Source: Haliotis rubra
Lineage: Eukaryota
NCBI RefSeq assembly: GCF_003918875.1
Contig: NW_025767668.1
Span: 1,984,001-2,048,000 of the forward strand
Direction of reading: 5' to 3'
Length of the DNA stretch: 64,000 nucleotides
The position numbers were made by a program, and so were the translations under genes. Under the pieces are notes generated by a model, which ran no database searches, was not told where the DNA came from, and saw only the letters and a list, made by a program, of their open reading frames with translations. This document shows, one piece after another, positions 24,641-36,889 of the stretch; within the stretch, counting starts at the first letter, position 1; every line of letters starts with the position of its first letter.

Positions 24641-26461
24641 CTATATAAGGACAGATCATGTGATGCATGTGAGCTGATCCTGAACACAAGACAAACATTA
24701 ACTATGAATGAAACATATTTTTATTTAGGATGTATACATGCTTTTTCTGTTTTACATGAATATTTACACACTTATTGCAAATTTTCGTCAGCCTTAGACA
24801 TCAGCTGGGTTTTACTATCTGTGGGTATGAAAGATTGTAGATGTTGCCATTCCTGAGGTGTAAACTTGGGAGTCAGTTTCACATTGTCGTAGTCGAAGTC
24901 CTCGTCCAGACAGAAGGGCTTCCACTTGGTCTGAACACACCTGCCAAACATGCCCATTCAGACATTAATTACAATGTATATTTTGCCGAAAATCAACCAC
25001 AATTGTTTTCTGGTAATGAAGATAAAAACATAAAAACTGGCTTGGAAGCGCTGTAAATCTGCATATCATATTTATGCTGCAAAGTGTACACATTGGATTG
25101 TTGGATAGCAGATTTTCTCCATAAATGCAAAACCATAATAAACTCAATTCTTCACAAAAGTACTTAAAAGAATAATTTCTCTGACTGCTTATTTAATTAA
25201 TATTGAAATAACATGTACTAAAATACAAAACCAGTGACCTCATTCAGTTCAATAATCTAAGGCAAGCTGCATCCACTTTATCATCAGCCAATCAGAGAAA
25301 GAGTAGTCTGATAGTATGCATGTTTTTTTTAAAGAAAATGTAAACACAGAAAATGCTTGTTTATTCAAATACCACAAAACCTTTCATCATGTTCCTATGT
25401 TTATTGTAAACACACCCTGTTTTAAAACTCCACATGTTGCCAGTTCAGAACAATCACTGCTGTTGTTTCTCACAAACTGTAGGACTGTAGTAATTATTGA
25501 AAACATCTGATCATGGCTACCATGGTTACCGAATGACAAATGAAGCATGAATCAGGATATGGTGTTACTTCATTAAATGAAAAAACGAGGCAATACTAAG
25601 AATACAAGAAACAGTTTTACAGCCTTCCTGCATCTAGTTGTTTACTGACACAGAAAAACATAAAAAATACAGACAAGATGCAGCAGTCTAAGTAAACTTA
25701 GGCTCAGAATTATTCGATCAGTATGCAGTGTAACGAATAATACTGAGCCTAAGTTTACTTTGACTTTGAACAAAAAGAAGTCAATGAGCTTGTTTAAAGG
25801 GAAGTTTTATGTCGATGTCAGACTGAATCAAGAGAGTCTACTCATTTCTGTTGCAGAGATTTGGTCTGGCAACAGAGCAACAACCACTAACAGGCAAGCC
25901 GACTAACTTGATCGAGTGTTCAGGCTCGCTAACTTTCGGGTTATGCATGTCATTGTATCCCAATTGTATTGATGCTCATGACACCTATCACTGGATTGTC
26001 TGGTCAGACTCAATTATTTACAGACCACACTTATATTGCTGGAATATTGCTGAGTGCGGTATTTAACAATAAACAGACAACCTGCATGGTGCTGACATGC
26101 TATCACTGGTGGACGAACTGGGAGGAAGGAAGAGCAGTGTCCATTTCGTTTAACTCCAGTATGTTGCTAAATGTCATACACTAACAACATGTGTATACAA
26201 GGATAAGAAACTCTTACAGAACACATATCTGTGTCAAGAGACAGGCGTAATTCCTGCTTCAGACACAACATTCAATTATTCGACTAATTTAAAGTATCTA
26301 TCTAACCGACAAGTAATGTTGATCTGTCATCTTGCTTTACAGTAATGAAAGAGCAATGTTACCAAACTTAAGTTAGATCACAGGCAAGGTATGCTGCACA
26401 GCGTCATGACATCGACCCATTATTATATAACTCAAAAGTGTACTTTTACGGACATAAAGTA

Positions 26462-26740
26462 CAGTAATAGTAATAGTAATAGTCCTTATATATGGCTCAT
26501 ATCCAGGCACATTGCCTGCTCACAGCCTTCACGTACATAATTATTCCCGGTAATAGGACACTTCTGTACTTTCCAATACTTTTCAACTCCCATGCTGCCT
26601 GTTAAGAGCAATGAACTTAACACTCACATTGCCAGCTCATCCTCATGGGTACCCATTTTACAGCTGGGTGAACTGAGACAATGTGGATCTAAGTATCTTG
26701 TCCAAGGATACTACGCAAATGTGCCCACCTTGGGACCCAA
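26462..26740 (-). mobile_element. 5'-truncated SINE related to family C (duplicate ~43991-44270)
   Basis: Minus strand reads tccttggacaagatactt...cacccagctgtaaaatgggtacc with (TTACTA)n tail. Confidence 0.7.
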
Positions 26741-26877
26741 ACCAAGGTGCCTTTGGTCTTTCAGTGAAGCATCCTAGAATCCCTGACATATACACTGAGT
26801 CTAGTGAAACCCATCTTGAATCCCAAAGAACCCATCAGAAAAAACCCTGAATGATTAAGATCATCAAATGTAAAATC

Positions 26878-27047
26878 AGTGAGTGAGTGAGTTAGGGTTT
26901 TCACGCGGCTTTTAGCAATATCCCAGTAATATCACAGCAGGGAACACCAGAAATGGGCTTCACACATTGTACCCATGCGTTATATTGAACACTTGTGTTC
27001 CGCATGACAAGCTTAAAGCTTTAACCACTAGGCTACCCCACCACCCC
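26878..27047 (-). mobile_element. SINE family A, minus strand (duplicate at 44418-44588)
   Basis: Reverse complement of family consensus with (GAGT)n tail. Confidence 0.85.
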
Positions 27048-30000
27048 AAATGTAAAATGACAGAAAAACGAAATAATGCAGGTACCTGATCCTCGGACTG
27101 CGGTGTGTGTCCTCACTGCTGGTTTTTCAGTCGTGGCTAAGTCAAGACTTGTAACCTGAAGCAGTTCTAACTCTGTAAGAGCGTTCTCGGAGGAACCTCA
27201 ACCTCTCCAGGGTTAAGGTGAGCAGCAACATCATCATCATCATCATAATCATCAACACAGTCCGCATCATAGCCTGCTGGTCCACTAACATACTCAGGTC
27301 ACACTCTGTAGCTTGCTCTGTTGCATGGGGCAACTGCTGTTCTTTATCAAAGAGAAACTCTTCCTTGGGCTGAGTTATCTCCCCTTCAGTGACAGATTTA
27401 CCTCGGAGTGTTACACAGAAGAATTTCAGATATTAACCATGCCATCAGCAGGGATTTACATGGAGTCCTGTATTTGTTGGTCCCTGGGGCATATACTTAA
27501 TTTTCAGGGGTCCTGGACAACAAAATGAGGGTCCCAGACACTTAAAATATTATTATTAATACTGTTGTTGTATTGTGTATCATGATCATAACATTGTTAC
27601 AGTAATTAAATAATGCCATAACCCAGCTAGTAGCAGACTCAGTGGTAACTTATTGTCACTTTATTGGAGTTTTACAAAAGTATTTGGACTTTTTCAAGCG
27701 TCCTGTGAATGGCAGCTAATAAATTTTGTTGCATCCATTGTCAAATTTTATGATATTATGGGGCCTTGGGATTTCGCGTCCTGTTAATCCCTCATCAGTG
27801 ACCAAGTTCCTCCAATAAAATAATCTATAAGATAAGACACAGTTGACGAATATTTCACAACTGATTTATTCAATACAAATCTCTCAACATTTACAATAGC
27901 TTTGGAAGAATTCATAGCAGTATGGGAAATAGTTTGATTGGCATTTGTTGATAAAGGCAAGATATAAGGATGACAACTTCTTAATTCTACTATGATGTGA
28001 TGTTTAGGTATAGATCATTACACTTTGTCAAACAAGCGAGTGAAAGGCGAGAGTTGGATTTTACACCGTTTTTAGCAATATTCCAGCAATAACAGTAGGG
28101 GACACCAGAAATGGGCTTCACACATTGTACCCGATGTGGGGAATCGAACCAGACCTCAAGAGTGAAGTAAGACAGAACAGTACAGACTTATAAACATTTA
28201 ACATAGTTGTTGTTAATCCCTCTCATGCATACCCTTATGATGTTTTGTTAACCCTAGTAGATGTATATATAAGTGTGAGCTGTGCTCGAGTATTTCATTT
28301 CATAAATCTATTTTTCACCTCGATGTATTCTTTATGCATGGCTTCAAAACAAGGCATTTCCCTTGATAATCTATCAATGAATATGGCAGGGGTGATCATA
28401 TGAATATATCCCATTTACCTGTCTCAGAAAAAAGCTTGCACTGTATCCTCCACCTGATAAATCATCATCATCATCGCCATCACTACCAGCATCATCAACA
28501 AAGTTGTCAAACTGCAATATAACATTTCACAAACCTATCTCTTTGAACAAAACATGAGCACAAGAGTTTTTCACATAGTGATAAAAACTTTCTCTTTGAC
28601 ATGTAAATTAATAGAAGATTCACAAATAATGAGAAACTGATCACATGGTATACACAATTACGAAACACTGATGTGATGATACTCTTATGTACCAGTGAGA
28701 ATCCTACATCAACAGATATGTAGCTGGAGCTCCACAGAGTATCAGTTGACATAAATATCTTAAACCCTTCATACCCTACATTAAAACTAGACAAACTGGA
28801 ATCACTGGGCTGTGAATTTGGGAATTGTAATAATAAAACTGAATATTGCAGAGTTAAGTTACTGCACCAAATGTTCATTACAATATCACTTCTAGAAACT
28901 GAGAAAACCCTAAGCCTAACACTTAATACTATTTCATGATTTTGTTTGTCCGTTGTTTAGTGCCACACTCAGCAGTATTCCAGCACCTTGTCCATAAGTA
29001 ATTGAGTTCAGACCAGACAATTCAGTGATTGACACCATGAGCACGGATCTACACAATTTGGTTGCAATGACATGTGTCAACCAAGTGATTATGTCTGAGC
29101 ACCTGATCCTGTTATTCGCTCTTATGACAAGCATGGGTTGCTGAAGATAAATTCTAACCCGGATCTTCACAGGTATACTGATATAAATGTATGACTAGGT
29201 AAATACATCATGTAGTTCAAATGCAATTATCAGATTAGCTTATCACATCATGCAATACTGAAGAGAATACATACTTTTCTCTGTGGACGGCTGCCTCGGT
29301 GAACGGCTCCATCAGTCATCGTGCCAGACTTGGTTCCTTCATCCAGAGTCTGCAACAAAGCAGTGTCATCACATCACAAAATCTACAGTGTAAATCTTGC
29401 ATTGACTTTTAGGAAACCTATGAATGTATTGTTTCTTGAAAAATTTAATTTCACGAAATTTGAATGTGATCTTTTACTGTCTACAGAACTATACATCAAT
29501 CAAGCAATTGCAGAGAGAATTTAACAGTTTAACAATTTAATAGGGCAATATTTTTGTGTGTAGTAAGTTTGTATTAACGTGCCAGTAGGGGTAATTCAAT
29601 TATGTCATTGCTTATCAAGTACAATGTTTGCATATGGTTGCGGTCTGTAAATAATCAAGTTTGAACCAGACAATCCAGTGATTAACATGGATATAGATAT
29701 ATTCTACAGTATTATAAACATGTTTTAAGCTAGTCCAGATATAATAGCTTCCAACCTCCAACTGTAACAGGGAGGCATAATACACTGTACTGTAATAGAC
29801 TCTGTTTATATTGCTTTCTAAGATGCCTAGCCGGTTAGAACAATCGAAAAAAAATACATTATCAGACAATAAAGGTACAGTTTTTGATGGACGTAACAAT
29901 TGAATGACATTATCCGTCACTTGCGCCATTCTAGTGTGCCCCTCGTGAATTGAACCATTTTACATTACGTCACAATGTAAGCTGGCGTCCACGCGATGCA

Positions 30001-30762
30001 TGTCAGTTGTCATCGCCTATAAATGCGACCTCCTACAGTAAACTACGCCCGTTGCATCCAGCGTCCTCGTGCTTTAACTATAATAGTTCAGGGCAAAAGT
30101 GTGTTTTATTACACACTATACATGGTGGTAGAAGCCGGGCGTATTTCTTAAATACCAGTAGTTGAAGAGGAATACCATTTAATTGTCAATGTTTAAAAAT
30201 GCATAAGATAGAATGTTTTCCACCTTACCTATATATTGGTAGTCCATGTAAAGATGGTCTTGTTAGACTTGTGTCATCTAAGGATGATGTTTTGATAAAG
30301 TATTGCTACTTTTTTTTTCTTTAGAAGGGGTATGTTATGCCTGTACATTGTGCAAAAATGGTTCCATAGCTTTCAGAGGCAATAATGTATGATTGTAGTA
30401 TGGGTTGTTGTGTTGCAGGATGTTGTAGTGTGACATGCTGTGCTGACAGATGTAGTATGGGTTGTGTTGTAGGAAGTTGTAGTGACATGTTGTGTTGACA
30501 CAGATGTTTTAGCATGGGTTGTTGTGTTGCAGGATGTTGTAGCTTGACATGTTGTGCTGGACATATTGCAGTATGGGTTGTGTTGCAGGATGTTGTAGTG
30601 TGATGCTGTATGATGCTGTAGTGTGACATGTTGTGTTGTAGGATGTTGTAGCATGGGCTTGCTGTGTTGCAGGATGTGCTGTAGTGCATGGCTTGTAGTT
30701 GGTGGGATGTTGTAGTGTGACATGTGTTGACAGATACTGTGGTATGGGTTGTTGTGTTGTAG

Positions 30763-30850
30763 GATGTTATACCACTTCCACCCGCGCAACATGAAGATGT
30801 ATCGGTGCCTGACACCAGGATGCAGCCATCATGCCTGGTGTGGCTGACAA
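30763..30850 (+). pseudogene. Duplicate of gene 1 exon 8 (88 vs 90 nt, frameshifted)
   Basis: Matches 11707-11796 with small deletions; same splice sites. Confidence 0.6.
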
Positions 30851-32819
30851 GTAAGTACATAAACATGAGCATGAATAAGCGTTGTGCTACCAGGACCATG
30901 GGGTTCGACTTCATTAAGGGTACAATGTGTGGAGCCCATATCTGGTGTCCCTGCCGCGATATTGCTGAATAATATTGCTAGTGGCGTGAAACTAAATTCA
31001 CTCACTCACTGGGCTTGTGCCAATTCTGAAACCGACTATAGTCTGTTTTCAGTGAAAACGCACCGATTTAAATCACTTAAACAAAAGTAAATCAAATAAA
31101 GTGGAAATGAGACGAACTTATATTTCTGTTTCGCCAAATCAAAACATACAAATCCCCAGAATTTTATTCAACTTAGATGGTGTTGTTTAACAAACCATCA
31201 TAGTTTCCAAATCACTATTATTGGTTTGTATTACAAGGTGTTTAGTATTGGAACAGTAAAAACAAAATGCATGTGCGTACGTGATGAGCGTAAGTAACTT
31301 AGACCAACCCTGCTTTTCAGTGTTTCATTTAATGTAAACCCTCTCTGTTTAACACAAACCAATCATAGCGATTTTTGAAACTATGATCATTTGTTCAACA
31401 ACTTTTTATCCCAAGTTGAATAAAAATTCTGAGATTTAAATGTTCAGCTGACAAGGTAAAATTTATGAGGATTCGCAATCGCAATCGCACGCTTTCACTG
31501 CAAACAGACTATAGATGCAATGCTTCTCACTTGTACTAAGACAAGAGCAGCTTAGGGCAGCCCTAACCAATCTGCCACTAGGAAGAAAATTGGTTTTGCC
31601 TAGGGATTTGGATCACTCTGTGACACTTTTCAGAAACCATGTGGGTCTTTGGATCACAGGGATGTTTTATCATGTATCTGTTGATAACCCTGGTGTTGTT
31701 TTGACACATTAACTAATCATGTCAAGGTCAAGCTTAAGGTCATATATTCTGGTCATACTACAAAAGGATATTCTGAGGTTGATGAAATTGTTACATGTTC
31801 CTAACAAAGAGATCCTGAAAGGTCATGAGTAATCGCCATGAAAGTTCAAGGTCACAGTAAAGGTCACTTTTAAAGTATGTTGGCTAAAACTTTGTGAAGA
31901 TGACATACGTAGTGGAACAGCAGCTTATATCCTGGTGAATTACCATGATGTTTGACTAGTTATGAAGAGTTTCATGGTGATCGTACTGAAGTATAATAGA
32001 CCATTATTATGAAGTGAATATTTTCATTACCACAATGAATTCCACCTGGATGTTTATGTTTTACAGATAATGTGGTGTTACAGTGAATTAGTGCTTCGCG
32101 TTAGAGGTGTTCAGGGTTTATTCTCTGATATTTTCTTTTTGAACATGGGTACAGCAGGATTAAGAAATGTTATTGATGTTCCTTCTGTTCTTGATCATAT
32201 TTACATTTTGTGTGAAGCATGCAAGTATGGACGGAAAGAATGTTCAGTGAACTGAATTATAACTTTCAGTACATTAAAGCTGATACATTCCAGTGGACCG
32301 GGATAGGCATACTGTACATTAATATGATGTCATCCCCAGCCGTGCCGGGCCGGGTGGGGTAGCCTAGTGGTTAAAGCGTTAGCCTGGTCTTCTTCATGCC
32401 AAAGACCCGGTTCAATCCCCACATGGGTACAATGTGAAGCCCATTTCTGGTGTCCCCCGGCCAGACATAATATTGCTGTAAAAGTGACGTGAAACTCACT
32501 CACTCACTCAGTTGCAAGTCTTAGGTGACATGACTGAAAAGACTTGTACATGATGTTACCTGATCTGTTAACCATTCTAAACAACATGTCTGTTAGCCAT
32601 ATTTTGTATCTTATGCAACAACAAAACCAAAAATTGTCTGGTGAATGTAAACAATTCCCTTGGAAAATAATTGACAACATCCTCACACAAGCTTTTCCCA
32701 TGAGTGACCAAGGGACATAACTCATGCTGACCTCTGCACCAAAGTCCAGACATTAGATTTAAAGCCCAGAAAAAACCATTATATCCAGACTTCATAATGC
32801 TAAATGTGTTAGTAACAGT

Positions 32820-33675
32820 TGTCCCATTAATAATGGCAATGGTTTTGTGTATTCCAGAGCAGAGTGAGTTGTATGAAGCCTGTTATCCCATTAATAAAAG
32901 TTGGCAATGGTTTGATTGTATTAAAGGCAGAGTGAGTTGTACTGAAGCCCGATATCCAATTAATAATGGCAGTGGTTTTGTGTATTCAGGGCAGAGAGAG
33001 TTGTATGAAGCCTGATATTGCATTAATAATGGCAATGGTTTAGTGTATTCAGAACAATGGAAAAATACATTATCGATATCCCATTAATAATGGTATAGTT
33101 TTTGATGACGCAACAATTGTATGAAGCCCGTCCTCGTAATAATGGCAAATGGTTAACTGTAATCAGTTCAGGCAAAAGTGTGTTTTATTATGGCAATGGT
33201 TTTGTGGTTCAGCATAGAGTATGAAGCCTGTATATCTAATTAATAATGGCAATGGTTTTGTGTATTCAGCGCAGAGTGAGTTGTACGACGTCTGTTATAC
33301 CATTAATATTGGCAGTGGTTTTGTGTATTCCAGAGCCGAGAGAGTTGTATAAAGCCTGATATCCCATAATCAGTGGCAATGGTTTTGTGTATTCAGAGCA
33401 GAGAGAGTTGTACGACGCCTGATATGGCATTAATAATGGCAATGGTTTTGTGTATTCAGAGCAGAGTGAGTTGTACGACGCCTGATATCCCATAATCAGT
33501 GGCAATGGTTTTGTGTATTCAGAGCAGAGTGAGTTGTATGACGCCTGATATCCCATAATCAGTGACAATGGTTTTGTGTATTCCAGAGCAGAGAGAGTTG
33601 TACGATGCCTGATATCCCATTAATAATGGCAATGGTTTTGTGTATTCCAGAGCAGAGAGAGTTGTACGACGCCTG
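32820..33675 (+). repeat. 63-64-bp acceptor-spanning repeat, copy 2 (shorter)
   Basis: Same unit as 13715-15052. Confidence 0.9.
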
Positions 33676-34026
33676 TGGCAGGAAGTATTTGGAGGATTAC
33701 GACTTGTCACTGGAATATTCATCATTTTCATCGTAGAAGCGCTGAAATTTGTCTTCCACCATGTGGTTCAGCCTATCATCATTGGTCTACTGACTGGTGT
33801 TGGGGACTCCTTACTGAAGCCACTGTTCTCTCTCACCTTCAGCCTCATCCTCCAACCAATCATTGTGTTCTTCTGGAACATCTTGACAGGTGTACGCCAC
33901 CTGTCACAACCTGTGATCGACATTCTTCATGGAGTGCTAACGCCAATTGCAATGGTTTTACGCTCATTCCGTCTTTTTGACGTCACGTATCAAAATTCAT
34001 TGAATCGACCCATTCGTAATGTGTAA
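33651..34026 (+). CDS. Gene 1 terminal exon, intact copy 2: hydrophobic/amphipathic membrane-associated C-terminus
   Basis: Open frame AERVVRRLWQEVFGGLRLVTGIFIIFIVEALKF...RSFRLFDVTYQNSLNRPIRNV*; phase-2 acceptor; with exons 1-8 it sums to 1308 nt = 435 aa + stop. Confidence 0.8.
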
Positions 34027-36832
34027 AGGCAGCATTGACTGTACATTGTATTTGTCTCAAACAGAATGTACCGAATGCATTTTAATCTGGGTTTTGTTTG
34101 TATAGCAATACATCAAAAGAAATACTGACATGCAAGTATTAGGTACTTAATTTATTCGCGATGAACGATTTTATGTTCAAATTATGTGCATAATTATTTG
34201 CTTGTTATATTTGTTCAAATCCACTCTTAAATGTCCTCCAGCAATGCAATTTATATTAAAATATGTCTGTGGTTATATCAGTGTCGTACAATGGTTCTAC
34301 TTTTAATAGATGCTACTCTCCCAAACAGGTGACAGAATCATTAAAGGGGATCTAGACATTGTGAAATTAGCTGTCCTAGCTAATCAGCTGATTTTTGTCG
34401 TTTTTGTTTTATTTGTTTTTAATCGTTTTTAACACAAATGGCTTATTTATAAACTGATATTATTTTGCATTATATAGATCTTCTTCTTGTTTGTCAAATG
34501 GCTACAGCAACAATAATATCCTGAAACAGCTGATTTGTTTCTCACAATTGTTTCAAGCTGTGATAAAGATGTTTGTTATATAAGGGAAAAAATGAGTTTG
34601 TACTGTTACCTGATGCATATATTTTTGACTGTCATATTGAGACATCACAAATTGATGTCTGACAATGCCGTCCATTTTACTGATTCATGTTTATGCTGCT
34701 TCAAAGTAGTGTTACAAAGTTTGGCAATAACCTGACCGGATCACTGCAGGATCTAGCATTACCTTAAACTATCGCAACACGGGGGGGTGGGTAACCTAGT
34801 GGTTAACGCGTCCACTTGTCACACCGAAGACTTAAGTTTGAGTCCCTGCATGAGTACAATGAAGACATCTTCTGGTGATTCTCGAGGAAAATTGGGTAAA
34901 ATTCATCAGTTTGTTCACAACTGGGATTTATGAGTTATTTTTTTTAAATTCAGACCTATTCTATTTTTGCATTCACATTCACTAAAATAAAGAAAAACAA
35001 AGTATTCTTGTTGGGTTATGACTGATACAATGTTAAGTTGATGCAAGTGTCCTCTGTTGGTCATGTTGTCAATGATATACTTGTCATCTGTGCAAAATCC
35101 AAACATAGTTGTATCTATATTGACATGAATTGTGAATTTGGTGTTTCAAATTTAGTTATATTTACTGACATTTTCTGCAAACTTGATCCCACATATCAGC
35201 CTCTGAACATCTCTGGGCGGTGGGGTAGCCTAGTGGTTAAAGTGGTCGCTCATCATGCTGAAGGCCTGGGTTCGATTCCCCACATGGGCACAATGTGTGA
35301 AGCCCATTTCTGGTGTCCCTCGCCGTGATATTGCTGGAATATTGCTAAAAGCGGTGTAAAACTAGACACACTCACTTATTCTGAAATGATGTAGACAAAT
35401 CCCACCGTAGGTTGCATCCCAATGTTCTGTTCCACCAGTCACAAATGTAACGCCAAACATCACTTTGAGATATGTGTCCAGGGCGTTTCCAAAATAATGA
35501 GGACATTTTGTAAGTGATTTGTTATTTCATTTTGATGTTTATAATCATAATTTGTAAATGATTTAATTTATTTGTCTCAAGTTGTTTTATTAATGTTATT
35601 TCATTACATGCATATTGAAATTGTTGATATTTAAGATCCCCAATCCTTTTAAGTAATTTCAGTACTTTATTATGCTCATGTTAAAACTGTTGTGTTTGGC
35701 AATATGTTAATGCATAATGTGTTAAATGAGAATATTTGCTCATTTTATTATTTTACATTGTTTGCGATTGTTTTTAATCTATCTGTCTGACGCATGGTAT
35801 ATGCATGATATGCAAAGTTTGTTTGGAATATTACCATCTGTGTAATCAGTAACTCAGTAAACATAAAACTACTGTGGGTATATATTGCAGTAGCTTTGAT
35901 ATGCAAGTACGCTCAAAGCACTATCATTATTACCACAGTCATTGATCCAGTGTGCACTCAGTACTATTCTCAACTCCCAGGGGAGTATACAAGTTGCCCA
36001 AAGGGAGACAGAAGTTTCACGGGTACAAGACTATATCATCCTATGGATAGGTTCGTATTAAGTAATGACTACCCTTTATCTCTGTATGGTATAAATTGTT
36101 GCCTGCTTCTCCACCTCAACCTGTCAGAATTTATATATACTCCACAAAATTATTTAAGGATCATGCCATGGCAGATTAACCATAGGAATGATTACATCCA
36201 AAGTGTCCCTTAGTATCTCTTGAGTAATATATAACAGTGTGACAATCCCAGTTATGTCTCAGTCACTGACTAGTTGTCAAAAGTTTTAAGCCTGTTGGGT
36301 GAAAAAGCAGAATCTCTAACTTGGGACACATGTTTCTCTGGTTTTATCCTTTACAGATATTGGCTAAATCATTTGGATCATTTGAAAATAATATTATCAG
36401 TGTAGCTCAATATTATATTAAATTGGGAATAAAGTTGTTTGGTTGGGTCAGGTTTATGTAAACACTGTATAAAGTGCATGTATTCACCTTTGGTGGTCAC
36501 ATACAATGTAATTGCAATTATTATTTTAAAAAGTCATTAGTTACTTTAATTTTTTTGTGTTTTTTTATTGCTTTTAGTATTTTTTGATACTTTGAAAGCA
36601 TCAGGAATATTTCATTCATTTTATGATTTTGGTGTTTCTTTTGGTTCCTTTTGGTCAAACTTGAAAATTATGGAATTTTGCCTATCATGGTAGTGTTAGA
36701 TTTATTTAAAATTCTGGTAGATACATGTATATTTAAATCAAATAGTTCCAAATCTTGTCAAGAACTACAAACATACAGCAAGTCAAATACATGAAAAGGT
36801 GCAAGCATCAATGATGTGCATATTGTTATGGA

Positions 36833-36889
36833 ACACACACGTGCGTGCGCGCGCACGCACGCACGCACACGCACACACACACACACACA
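36833..36889 (+). repeat. Compound (GCAC)n/(CA)n microsatellite, present only in copy 2
   Basis: cacacacgtgcgtgcgcgcgcacgcacgcac...cacacac; copy 1 has a short A-run at ~18717. Confidence 0.85.

Larger units (their letters stand above)
24801..29349 (-). pseudogene. IFTAP: 5'-truncated duplicate of IFTAP (exons 3-6: 29275-29349, 28419-28511, 27086-27401, 24801-24940) with small indels
   Basis: Collinear with 42017-46849; lacks exons 1-2; homopolymer-type frameshifts; may be an alternative haplotype. Confidence 0.7.
11300..30390 (+). repeat. Large tandem duplication, copy 1 (left edge lies somewhere in the 30-bp satellite)
   Basis: Collinear with 30391-47870 from exon 8 through ...ttcagaggcaataatgt. 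Confidence 0.9.

Noticed and set aside
29615-29929. ORF MAQVTDNVIQLL... with upstream CRE-like motifs as a nested gene
   Set aside because: Frame is not conserved in copy 2 (~47410), it runs into a SINE-B fragment, and there is no recognisable domain
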